The notes under the pieces are model-generated. The model did no database searches and had not been told where the DNA came from. It saw only the letters and a list, made by a program, of their open reading frames with translations. A DNA stretch of 64,000 bases, taken from the NCBI RefSeq assembly GCF_009914755.1, contig NC_060941.1. One strand, 5' to 3'. Positions 1 through 11,560 of this stretch are shown here, piece by piece (within the stretch, counting starts at the first letter, position 1; each line of letters begins with the position of its first letter). Position numbers and translations under genes: made by a program. The stretch is from the human T2T-CHM13v2.0 reference genome, Homo sapiens.

Positions 1-3000
1 GCCCCCTTTGGCTTTAGCAAAACATGATCAAAACGGGCCCCCTGCCTGCCTCCTGGACACACCCAGGGGTGAGATCCTTTACTTTGGATCTTACAGGGAA
101 CAGGGGACAAAATAAGAAACTGCACCAGCCTCCGGGTGTCCCGGGGTCAGCCCCCGGTGCCAGGTTCCCAGCCTGCTGTGCTGCTGTCTGGACACCAGAG
201 CCAGGACCCTCCAATTCCAAGGCTGCTCCCTTGCCCTCCCGTCCGTGTCGTCCTCAGAGATGGCACGGCCCAAGTCAGGAGGACACTGTGGTCACAGGAG
301 GCGCTGGCCATGTCTGGCCTTCTGGAGGAGGCAGGAAATCCATTCAGTGCCCACCTCTGCAGGTGGCCGGGAGGACAGCTTCAGTTCACCAGCCCTACGC
401 AGCCCATTTTACAGAAGCAGAAACCCAGATGTAGAGAAGATAATTAACTAGGGAACATCAGAGTTGGGGTTTGAGCCCAAAGCCTGGAAGAGGCTGTAAA
501 GGCAGTGAGGCCGCCAGCCTTCCCCCAACCCCTCCGGAGCCTGGCCCATGCTGTGCGCCAGAAGAGGCCTGGGGAGTTCCCTGCTGCCCTGAGAGGCAGG
601 CCCTGGTCCAGAGATCGGGAGGATCTCATTGGGGAGGGGGGGGGCTCACCTTCTGGTAAGAGGATCCTGGGGGCCATGGCTGTCCCCTGCCCTTGGCAAA
701 GCCCAAAGCAGGTAGTTGGCAAGACCCCAAAAGGCAGAGCACGTGGAGCCCAATCAGCCTTGCACACCCCTGGTTCTGGGCTGGCCAAGGGCCTTGTCCG
801 CCACCCACAAGTGTGTCCAGGCAGGCTCTGCGCCCCTGGTGCCCAGTACCTGGCCAGGGCTGCCGGTGGGCGACGAGGCAGTAGCTGGTGCAAGCTTTGC
901 CAAGCGCCTTCGATCCAGCCTCTCTCTCATGCTAATGACTGTCAACATGAAACAGAGGCTGTGAAGGGGAAGAAAATTACTCCCTGAAAAGGAATTGACT
1001 GATCCCCATCATTTCTCAAGGAATCACTGACCTGTGAATATTTCATTACCCAAAATGCTGCACCATCCATCCAGAGCCGCCGCTGCCGTGGGGCCCCGGG
1101 GGGAGGGCGGATGTACAGGGCCAGGCTCTGGCCTGTGACCAAGATTTCCTCACCGTGGGACCCCAGGGTGCGTGCGGCCCTAAAGACCCAGAGACAGGTG
1201 TCTGGCAGACAGGAACACGGTAGCCTCTCTAGGTTTTGGGAGCGGTCATGGCTAACACTCCTTGCAGCTGTGTTCTGTGCCTGGAGTCTCCATTCTGGTT
1301 GGAGGACTGGGGTCCCGTTTCCCACCCACAGTCCCTTCTCCAGCCTCCCAAGGTCCCTTCCCAAGCCTCTCGGCTGCCTCCTGCAGGCCTCACTCAGAAA
1401 CTCTTTCCTGGCTTGGGGCGGGTCCAAGTCTAGATGTTTCTAGAAGCTCAAACATGCCCTGTGCCCCACTGCTGGGGCCTGGGTGACAGAAGTTGGGGGG
1501 TGGAAGGGGCAGGGCTCATGCCACAGCCTGAAGCCAAACCCAGGTTTGAGCCACAGGAGGAGGGAGAAGCACCCCACACCCCCCCAGACCATGGTTCCAA
1601 TCCTGCCTCTGTCCCCGGCCACTGAGTGCCTCCCGAAGGCCACTGAACTTCTCTGGGTATCCGCTTCCTAGTCTTCAACTGAGGCTAACAGTAGTTGGGG
1701 CCACCTTACAGGTTGTTGAGAATAAACTAAGACCAAGATCTAATCTCAGTGCCCGACATGAGGCAGTTGCTTCCTGGAAGTGATGAGAGTTGGGCGACTC
1801 TATCCCAGAAGCACAGGCCACAGAGTCTGAGGACGCAGGGGAGGGAGGCCGACCCCGCCGGGGCTCCCTGCAGCCTCCGAGGGCCTCTGCGGGCCTGGCT
1901 GGGGTAGGCTAAGGCCAAAGTCCCCAGAGGATGGGAAAGGCTGAGACCACCCTCGCTGGCACTGATCAGGTCCTGAGTTTGTAAGGTCATGGGGGATGGA
2001 GGGGGACAGCCTGGGGCTTTCTCCAGGAACTTCAAGGGGCTGGAATAATTCATTCAAGAAACGCTAACCATAAAACCCTCATGCTGTTCTGGGCTTGGAC
2101 TGGGTGGGATTCAAACACTCAGCCTGCAGCTCCCACCACTGACGAACAGCGCACTCTAAAGCTTAAGAAGCACAAGGAGATCCTCCAGGGCATGGAGGCT
2201 CCCGCAGCACCCAGGCTGGGACCCCCGCTGCCTGCCAGGAAAATGCGACGTCTGTGCTATTATTGCCGGGGTTACACCAGGGATGGTGTTTCCAAATTAG
2301 CAAAGGCCTGGGAAGGTGGCAGGGCATCCATCTGGGGCTTAGTAGAGCGTGGGAGGCAGCATCTCGGGACCCCTCCCTGGCCCGGTGCAGCCACGGGGAG
2401 CCCAGATGCAGGCAGTGGGGGGAGTGGGGTCACGGGGGAGGACAAAGGGGGGCTTGGCTCAGGCCCAGCCCCGACCCCTCCTGGTGGCTCTCCCCACTCG
2501 TTGGATTGGAACACGGGCATTGCTGTCCTGGGGGAGGAGCAGGGCTGGACACGAGAGTGGACCTGGCCTCAGTGAGAAGGACTTTGGTGGGCTGTGGGGA
2601 GGAGCTTCAGGCTGTGAAGTGGGTGGGGCAGTGGGAAGTGTGCCTGGGGGGGTCCGTGGACGATTCCTCCTTCGGGACTGCTTGACCACTGCCTTCCCCG
2701 CCAGCTGGACCGTCCCCACACACTGCAGAAGGTTGGGGGTGGCCTAGGGGCTCATGCCCGCCCGCTCAGGCCTTCTCTCACTTTGTCGGACCCAAGACCC
2801 TGGGATGTCGAGTGGGGTCAGTAAACGGACCTGCAGGTCCTGGGAGGACAGGGCAGGGCGGCTGCTGGGCATCGCCATGAGCTGAGCTTCCACTGAGCAT
2901 CTCTGAGTGCCAGGGTGAGGGGACAGAGATGGCTGCCAGCCTCTTCCTCTGGGGCCTGGAGACAGGAGGGGGACAGGTGTTATAATAAGCAGTGACAGTG

Positions 3001-3030
3001 GCTGCGCTGTGGACTCAGGCTAAGTGCCAG

Positions 3031-3199
3031 GGTGGGGATGGGGATGGGGGCTGAGGGTGGGGATGGGGATGGGGGTGGGGGGTGTGGGTGGGGGATGGGG
3101 ATGGGGGTTGAGGGTGGGGGGTGGGGGTGGGGGTTGAGGGTGGGGGGTGGGGGTGGGGGATGGGGATGGGGGTTGAGGGTGGGGGGTGGGGGTGGGGGT
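3031..3199 (+). repeat. G-rich low-complexity repeat (GGGGAT/GGGGGT)n, G-quadruplex-prone
   Basis: More than 20 G-runs separated mostly by T, AT or TTGA. Confidence 0.9.
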
Positions 3200-4535
3200 T
3201 TGCGGTGGATCTAGTTGGAGGCAGACAAGGAGGGACTCTCAGGTATCCACAGGGGAGGGGCAACCAGGAGCTGCCCTTGAGGTCAGGACAAGAGGGTGGT
3301 GGGCAGCGGTGGGCGGCAGCTGTGGGCCACGACCTAGAGCAGCAGCCACGTCCCAGGAGACTGAGGCCCTCAAGGCACAAAGCCTCGTGGGGGGTCCTGG
3401 CTGGGGCCCAGGCCACTCTGCTTGGGTAGGACGCTCTGGGTCAAGGGGCAGAGTGGCTGCTGTGGGCCTGGGACACGCAGACAGTAGAGGCCTGGCCGTT
3501 CTCTGGGCTCTGCAGGCGGCCAACCCCCTAACTCAGCTCCATCCGCAACCCCCATACCCTGTTCCCCAGCCCAGGAGGTTCCTTCAGTGCCTCAACCTCA
3601 CCCTGGTCCCGCCTGCCCATCACTCAAGATAGGAGGCAGCTGAACTGCCGGACACTCTACAGGTGGCCGCGCTGGCTCAACTTCTTTGAGAACCAGGGGA
3701 GACAATGGGAGGTGCAGGGCCACCAGAGCTGTCACTGAAGTAGGGGATACCTGACCACCTCTGGGGGCAAGGCCAGGCCTGCCAGGGGCAGGGGCAACAG
3801 ATTCACCTCCCATCTCCTCCTTTCCCCAGCAACCCCACACCTGCCCCACATTCTTAGCCAGAGAAGAGGCAGGTAGGGATGGGCACTTCCGAGAAAAGAG
3901 GGGGGCAGGGAACTGCAGAGGCCACAGGGTGCCTCTGAGTGGCCATGGGGCCTCAGGGGGGTCACCTCAGCTCGAGCCTCAGTGTCCCCGTGTGCGCAAT
4001 GGGAGGACGAGGGCTTGCTCATGCCTAGCGCCGCCTGCGAGGGAGCCTCAGTTGGGCAACGAGCCTGGCTTGCTGCCTGCCACAGAGGGCTGGGCAGTGC
4101 TGGTGGCCGCCCCGCTGCTGTGCGGCTCTCACCAGGGCAAGGCCACCTCCCCAGTCCACGCTCCGCAAGTGCTCAGCACACACACATCCCTCCACCATGC
4201 TGGGCCCTGGACTCTCAGAACCACAATAAATGCAGCTCTTGGCGCAGATTCTGGGTTTGATCCTCGCGCTGCTCCCCCTACTCGGGGCAAGCAACAAAGC
4301 CGGCATCAGACCCTGCGTGCTGACCACCCCCTGCCCTGGGAGGGCTGAGGGGAACACAAGAGAAGAAAAAGACACACAGTCCAGGGGGAGAAGCGAAATC
4401 CAGTGCCGGGGCTGAAGGGACCCTGGGTCAGCTGCCCCACGGGACGCGTGGTCCCGACGGCTCTGGGTCCAGACATGTTCGGTGTCACGGGAAGGAGGGG
4501 AAGGGGCTTCCCGGCAGAGAGCAAAGGCACGGGGC

Positions 4536-5070
4536 TGGGAGGGGACCTGCAGGGGGAGGAGGGGAGGCGAGGATGGGAGGGGACCTGCAGGGGGAGGAGG
4601 GGAGGTGAGGATGGGAGGGGACCTGCAGGGGGAGGACGGGAGGCGATGGGAGGGGACCTGCAGGGGGAGGAGGGGAGGCGATGGGAGGGGACCTGCAGGG
4701 GGAGGAGGGGAGGCGAGGATGGGAGGGGACCTGCAGGGGGAGGAGGGGAGGCGATGGGAGGGGACCTGCAGGGGGAGGAGGGGAGGCGAGGGTGGGAGGG
4801 GACCTGCAGGGGGAGGAGGGGAGGCGATGGGAGGGGACCTGCAGGGGGAGGAGGGGAGGCGATGGGAGGGGACCTGCAGGGGGAGGAGGGGAGGCGAGGA
4901 TGGGAGGGGACCTGCAAGGGGAGGAGGGGAGGCGATGGGAGGGGACCTGCAGGGGGAGGAGGGGAGGCGAGGGTGGGAGGGGACCTGCAGGGGGAGGAGG
5001 GGAGGCGATGGGAGGGGACCTGCAGGGGGAGGAGGGGAGGCGAGGATGGGAGGGGACCTACAGAGGGAGG
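4536..5070 (+). repeat. Minisatellite/VNTR, ~15 copies of a 35/38-bp unit GGGAGGGGACCTGCAGGGGGAGGAGGGGAGGC(GAG)GAT
   Basis: Unit-to-unit spacings read as 38,38,35,35,38,35,38,35,35,38,35,38,35,38; last copy degenerate. Confidence 0.95.
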
Positions 5071-7119
5071 CGCGGATGGGAGGTGCAGGGGGAGCTCCCA
5101 CATCCCCCATCCCCAAGGCCCCCTGTCCTGCAGGGGAGAACGCTAAGAAATGGGGAAGCAGGAGGGGTGATGGGAGGCTGGGAGGCCTCAGGGCTCCCCC
5201 CACCCACCAGTCCCAATACCTGATGGACTAGAGCCAGTCTCAACTGGGAGCCTGAGACTGTGCATAAGTGGGCGAGTGGGGTCCCAGGAGAGGGGCCAGG
5301 GTTGGGGAGCCCCAGAGGGCTCTGTCCCTGCAGGGTCTCAAGCCATGTCCAAGCCCAGCTGCTCTCTAGCACCTGGGGCCTGGCCACCCCCGGGGCGAGA
5401 CTTCGGGGCGCCTCCCCCAGCCCATCCTCAGTGAAGCTGAGAGGCGGCTGCTTCGGGTCAGCAAACGTGGACACTGCCTTCCAGAGAAATCAAAGCACTG
5501 TGCCAGCCGAGGCCCAGAGAGTCATAGGAGCAGTGCGGGCCGCAGCCGAGGCAAGGAAGCAACCTCCTTAGGGGGGACTAGGGTGGGGGGTATCCCTTTC
5601 CAGCTGGGCCGGGGGTCACCCCGAACTTGGGATGAGGGCACTCATTCTGTGAGCTTCTTCACCCCGCTTAACGCCCCACAAGCGCCCTGAACCCTCTGTG
5701 CAAGTCTGTAAGCTGCACAGGCGAGCAGAGACTCTGGGAGCTGGGAGAGGTGGAGGGTCCCCAGAAGGAGACTGAAAAGGGGAAAGAGAGGGAAAGAACA
5801 ATGTCACAGCCAGCGAGAGGGCCAGAGCAGGGCAGACACAGCTGTGGGGGGCACCGAAGCAGTATCCACATAACAAAGGAGGCAGGGCCAGAGGCGAAGA
5901 CAGGGCCGAGAGGCAGAGTGGCTTGGGCACAGGTGCCAGACTTGCCCCATCCTCCCACACCAGGAACACGGCGCCGGCCTCCGGGACTTCGCCGCATTGC
6001 CCATTGCTTTCTTGCGGGTGTTTACAGGCTGCCAGCACTCCTGTGCTGGGGGTGTTTCCAGCCCTTCTCTGGTGAGGCAGGGGAGGTCTGGAGGTGGCTG
6101 CGGTCGGGTGGGCCCGCTGTCCAGATACCCCGCCCCACCCTACTCCCTAAGTGCAGGGCAGGACATCTGCCCGCTGGGGCTGCCCTATTTCCTCTGTCCC
6201 CATCCTGCCCCTCACCAACTGAGCAGCTCACTTTTCCTGCCTCACCCTGGTCCAGCTGTGTCTGCCCCCGACCCTTGGCCCTGTTCTGGGGTCCCTCCCA
6301 TTTTGCAGAACTGCTGACCCCCAGATCCTTGGCTGGGGGTGGGTGGCGGACACAGCAGGCAACGACCACCTGTGATCACCCCATTTCCCTGCACCCTGTG
6401 CTGGCCAAGATGTGCAGAGGGTGTGGCCAGGGAGGTAAACAGCACAGGCCTTCTAGAAGGTGCTGAAGGAACTTCATGCCTCATTGAGAGAATTTCCAAA
6501 TTCCCTCTACTAGAAAATTCTCTCCACGAGAAGCCCATTTTTGGGGCTGGTGGGGTGATAACAGGTGTGAGCCCAGCTAAGCCTCGGTGTCAGGGCTGGG
6601 GACTTCAGAATGACAGGAGTGGCTAAAGCTGACAGGGCCCTGGGAACCAGGGTGGGCCAGGCTTCCCGTTTATCAGAGCCCAGAGAGGCTAAAGGGCTTG
6701 CCCAAGGACACACAGCACTGAGAACACCAAGCTTCCAGATTTCCCATCCGGCTTTTTCTTTTTCCTTCCTCCCAATCCTTACTTGCTGCACGGACATTAT
6801 ACACACAGGAAAAGAAACCAGGAAAGAATCACGTGTAACCAATCGCACCACCTGCACCTGGGCACCTGACTTCCCACCTCCTCCTCCCACCTTTGGCAAT
6901 GGGCTTTCTACCCGGCTGGGACCATGGATGTTGATATTTGGCACCTGTGGTTGCAGCCCTCTCCTGCCACATGCCCACACAGGCCTGAGCCCCGGCTGCC
7001 CATGGTGGTCTCCAGCCCCCATGATCCATTCCACCCTCACGTGACAACCGCAGACCCTACTGTCTTGAGGGGATGGGAGGGGCGGGCCCAGTCCGGCTCC
7101 CACGGCAGCCAGGGAGATG

Positions 7120-7600
7120 GTTAAAACAGCACACACTGGACCGTGCCTCTCTGCTGCCTGAAACCTCTAATGATTTCCCTTCACTCTGAAGAAATGTACC
7201 CTCCTGACCCCGGCCCCCAAGGCTCTGCTGGTCCCCTCCCTCCCTCCCTCCCTGTCCAGTCCCGCCCCACCTGGCTGGCTCCAGCCACCAGAGTCTGTGT
7301 TCAGTTCTTCGAACACGCTAAGCTCCATGGCCTCAGGGCCCTCGTACATGCCCTTCCCTGTACCCACAATGCTGTTCCCTCAGTCTTTCCTTGCCCAGCT
7401 CCTTCTGTTTCAAAGCTGCCCCTTCAGAGATGTCCTCCCTGGCCACCCTGCCTGAAGTGGGTTCTGCTGTTAGCCCTCTGTCTCGGGGACCCCGCAGACT
7501 GTGATCCTGTGAGGACCAAGACCTCATCTCTCTTTCTCTGCTGCACCGAGGTGCTGTCACGATGCCCGGCACATAGCAGGTGTTCAATAAAGGAGTGAGT
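7120..7600 (+). mobile_element. LINE-2 3' end fragment
   Basis: Typical L2 3' motifs (CCTCAGGGCC..., TGCCCGGCACATAGCAGGTGTTCAATAAA). Confidence 0.7.
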
Positions 7601-9684
7601 GCCTAAGTGGACGAGTGGGGAAGGGTGGATGGAGGGAGGAAGTCGGGCGCCTGTGCTGAAGGGCTCAGAACCTGACTGGAGAGGTCTGGCTGAGGGCAGA
7701 CAGAATGAAGGACGCTGGCTGGCTGCCCAGCCGGGCATGAGCCAGGACGAGCCAGTATTTGGCTGGGTCTCGCCCTGCCCGGTCCCCACGTGGCCGGGAG
7801 ACTGGCGTGGGTTCAGATCAGCTGCACCAAAGACCTCAGGCCTTGGAGCCGCTGGCCCCTGCCCCGTTGGCTGGTTCCTGCTTCTCTGAGGAAGGGGAGG
7901 CTGTGGGCAGGAGGTGCCACTGAGGAGTCTGGGCCTCCCCCAAACCCTCTACTGAGCAAGTGCGAACCCTCCCAGGCACCTGCACAGGTGCACACGCACA
8001 GGTGGGCAGGACATCCCCACCTCCCTCCCTGCTCTTCCACAGGCCCCGGGGTCCTGCTCCTCCCAGGACACCTCAGCCCTCGTCAGGTGGCGCTGGCAGT
8101 CCAGCCTCGGCGTCTGAGGAAGGGGTGGCAGCCGTGCCAGGCATCCAAAGGGTGGGTGGGGGAGGGGGCAGTGGGCAGCCGTGAATGGCGGCCTCCCTGC
8201 CACGGCACGTGAGCTCGGCCCAGCGGTTCCCGGGGCAGCAGCAGCTCCCGCCTAAGTACTATGTTGAAGTGGCCAGCTAGTGCCGCGTCCCTCCCCGCCC
8301 GGGGCTCTGTGCCTTGGTGAGGTTTTATTGTGAACACAGAGCCCACAAGGTGGGGGTGTGGCTGCCAGGGCGCTGCTCAGAACCCGCCCCACACCCCCAA
8401 GCCTTGACAGTACCCCCAGCAATCACTCAGACTCCTCAACACTTTCCCCTCCCCGCTCCTCGGGCAACCCCAACTCAACAGTGGAGCTGGGCACTGCCCG
8501 CTCTCGGGCAGGAAGCCAGTGGGCAGGGAGGTCCGGGGCGGCAGGCTCCCAGCTCCATCAGACGGATACCTCGGAGCGGAGCCAGCATGAAATATTCATG
8601 CAGTAAATGGTGCAATTTTGTCTGCATTCAGCCGACTTCATGTATATTTCAGAGTATTATGAAATGGTAATGCTGTACGGCAGAGGTGGTGCAGCCCGGA
8701 GGGCCACAGCTGGGGGCAGGGGGGTCTCAGGGTGAAGACGAAGTGGGTGGGGAGAAGGACCCTGTCCCTTAGGGGCACGGAGATGAGAACGACCAACTCT
8801 CTGACCAGGGTGGGCAAGAGAATGGAGGTGCCAGCACCTCCAAGACGGGGGAGGCAAGGACTGGAGGGTGGGTGGTGGGAGTCCCCAAGAGTGCCACAGC
8901 CTGGCAGGAGGCAGCCCACCCCTGCACCCCCAGGTTGGAGGCACCCCAGACGCACTCCCCTCCCGATGGTGGCTGGGGGTAGAGCTGTTCCCACCCGCAC
9001 CTCTCCTCTCTGACTGCCACGGGGCTCGGGTGTCAGGCCAAAGCCTTGGTGCCAATTCAGCATCGCTGCCTCCCAGGTGCGTAGCAGCAGGGCCTCTCGG
9101 GGAGGCCCCAAGTGCAGAACCTCCCTGGCCCCTCCAGGTGGGCATCATTCAGCGGCCTCGTCCCTCGGCCAGGCCTAGCCATCCCCTGGTGCCTGAGTCC
9201 AATCTGGCTGTTGTTCTGGGGACTGACACACTTGGGGGTGACGGGGAAAAGGTCTTGGGAAGGAGGATGCGCCCGCCTCATTTGCTACGCTCTGAACTTT
9301 CTGGGGGTCTTGGATGCAGAGAGATCTGGCATCCAAGAGAGGTCACCCAGAGAGAAACTGTCCTTCAGCCTCTGCTGTCCAGGACTCAGGTTTGGGGGTT
9401 CCATGGTGGCCACCCCAGTCCTCCATTCTTCATCCACCCAGGCACCAACCATGGCTTCTCTGGACCAGCCTCCCGGGGCCTACACCAGAGGAAGAGCCCC
9501 TGGTTGGGAGGGTCCCCATTCCCAGGGACAGTGACCCCAGAGGCCTGGCAGCCCCACACACTGCGGGGGCAGGGGAGAACCTCGCCTGAGCTGCTTGGGC
9601 TGGGAACTGGGTTTCCTTGGCTGCCCTCACCCCTCTTCCACGTCTCCAGTTGGGCAGGCCTAGGGTCCCCATGGTCAGCTAGAC

Positions 9685-9880
9685 CAGGGATACGCACAAT
9701 TCAGCCTTTGGGCCAAATCTGGCCCGCTGCTTCTCTATGTAAATAAAGTTTTATTGGAACCTGGCCACACCCCCTCACTCACATATTGTCTCCGGCTGTG
9801 CTCGCCCTACCGCATCACTGAGGAGTTGCAGCAGAGGCTGTGTGGCCCGGAGAGACTAGCCCAGGTGCTGTCTGGCCTCG
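9685..9880 (+). mobile_element. MER58A-like hAT-Charlie MITE
   Basis: GGGCCAAATCTGGCCCGCTGC...GTAAATAAAGTTTTATTGGAAC...CATATTGTCT matches the recalled MER58 consensus. Confidence 0.8.
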
Positions 9881-11064
9881 TACGTACTGGGCTGGCTGGC
9901 CGGCCCCTGAGCTGGACAGCAGGACAGGGTGAGCCTGGCTTGCTGGAGTCCTTGGCTTCTGCTGATGGGAACTGGCCCTTCTCAGGAGTCCCGGGAGGAA
10001 ACGGCATGCTGGCAGGCGCGGGGACTCTGTGCCCTTGGCTGGCTGTGTTTGCCCCGCTGTGGTGGCTGGGTGAGAATGAATTTCATCCCTGGCAAGCTAC
10101 AGAGCCACACTGTCTGGTCTGCAGCCTCCCTGGCCAGAGCAGCAGCCCCTGCGCTCTCCTCAGCCGCTGCTGTGGGCCAGGGAGGCGGTGGAGGTGGCCG
10201 AAGGGCAGGGGCCTCTGGAGGGCCCCCAGAGACTCAGAGAAACCCCTCCGGTGTCCTCGTCCTGACACCTCCCTGCTCTCTCCTTTGCGTGTCTCACTTT
10301 GGGCTCTGCTCTTACTCCCCGTCTCCCACCCCAGGGGCCCCCACTCTGTCCTCACGCTCCCTCTGCTTTTGCCCTGGCCTGGCGTCCATCAGCACCCAGG
10401 CACTGTCCACTCTGCAGCTGGCCCTGTGGCCTAGCCAAGAGCCCACAGTTGTCCATCCCCTCTGCGGAGAGCCCAGCTGCCGTCCATGCACCCCTTCCAC
10501 AGACACTGACCACAAAGCTTCTCCCCGTAAGGCCCCGGAATCTGATCAGGACCCTCCGAGGGAACCTGCCAAGAACACAGATGCCTGGCTTCCCCCTGGG
10601 TCACCAAATCTAGCCCACAGCGAGAACTGGCCGGTGCCACTTACTGATGTGCCCAAGGGACTCAGCGTGGTAGAGTATGAGGACCCGGGGGTGAGGTTGT
10701 ACAGGGGCCGGGTTTCCCTAAGTCCCTAAAAGCTGAGATGCCCTGGGCCCTGAGCACAGCTCCTCTCCTTGTCCCAGGAGAGCCAGCTCTGCCGGGGGAC
10801 AGAGGCCAGGGCATCAACAGTCCCTCCCAGGCCCACGCGGTCCCCACCACCACCTCTTAAGGCTGGCAGTGCCATGTTCCACCCAGCTCGGCACATGCTG
10901 GCCCAGATGACCAAGGACACCCCACTCCCTGGCTGGCCAGCCCCAGATGAACAATGAGTGCTGCTTATGGTCACCGCACGTCTGGAGACGCAGCACAGGG
11001 GAGGCGACTGCAAGCTAGGATGGGGCTAGACGGCCCTGGGGAGCTGCCTCTGCTGCTGAGAACG

Positions 11065-11425
11065 ACCGAGCTGTATCACCCGCTCCAACTCCTACGCTGA
11101 AGTCCTAACCCCTAGTACCTTAGAATGTGGCTGTGCGTGGAGACGGGACCTTTGAAGAGGTGATTACATTACACTGGGGTCATTAGGGTGGGCCCTAATC
11201 CAACATGACTAGCATCCTTACAAGAAGAGGCGATTAGGACATAGACACACACAGACAGACGACCATGTGAGGACACAGGGCAACGACAGCCATCCACAGC
11301 CAAGGAAGAGAGGCCTCCAACAGAACCAACCCTGCCCACACCTGGACCTCAAACTCCCAGCCTTCAGAACTGCGCGAGGAGAAACGCCTGTTGTTTATGC
11401 CACCTGGTCTGTGGCAGACCAATAC
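11065..11425 (+). mobile_element. MLT1 (ERVL-MaLR) solo LTR, MLT1B-like
   Basis: GAAGTCCTAACCCCTAGTACCTTAGAATGTG, TAGGGTGGGCCCTAATCCAA, CCATGTGAGGACACAG, CAGCCTTCAGAACTG. Confidence 0.8.
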
Positions 11426-11429
11426 GGCT

Positions 11430-11560
11430 ACTTACTAGTCGGCTGGCCCTGGGCAGGCTTCCTATGCCCTCTGTGCCTCAGTTTCCTCTACTGTAGAATG
11501 GGATAGCAATGTGCCCACCTCTTGGGCTGTGGTGAGCCGGTTAAGATGTGAAGAGCCTGG
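11430..11560 (+). mobile_element. MIR fragment
   Basis: CTCTGTGCCTCAGTTTCCTCTACTGTAGAATGGGATA MIR core. Confidence 0.7.

Noticed and set aside
4536-5070. CRISPR-like array (repeat length 35-38 bp; also considered for 56451-56801 and 51198-51326)
   Set aside because: Units are directly adjacent with no unique spacers, there are no cas genes, and the context is eukaryotic
4025-5231. Pro-rich and Gly/Arg-rich ORFs on both strands
   Set aside because: Translations of the stop-free 35/38-bp VNTR
8868-10729. ORFs of 226-292 aa
   Set aside because: Chance ORFs in GC-rich DNA, two of them overlapping a MER58 element; no protein-like features
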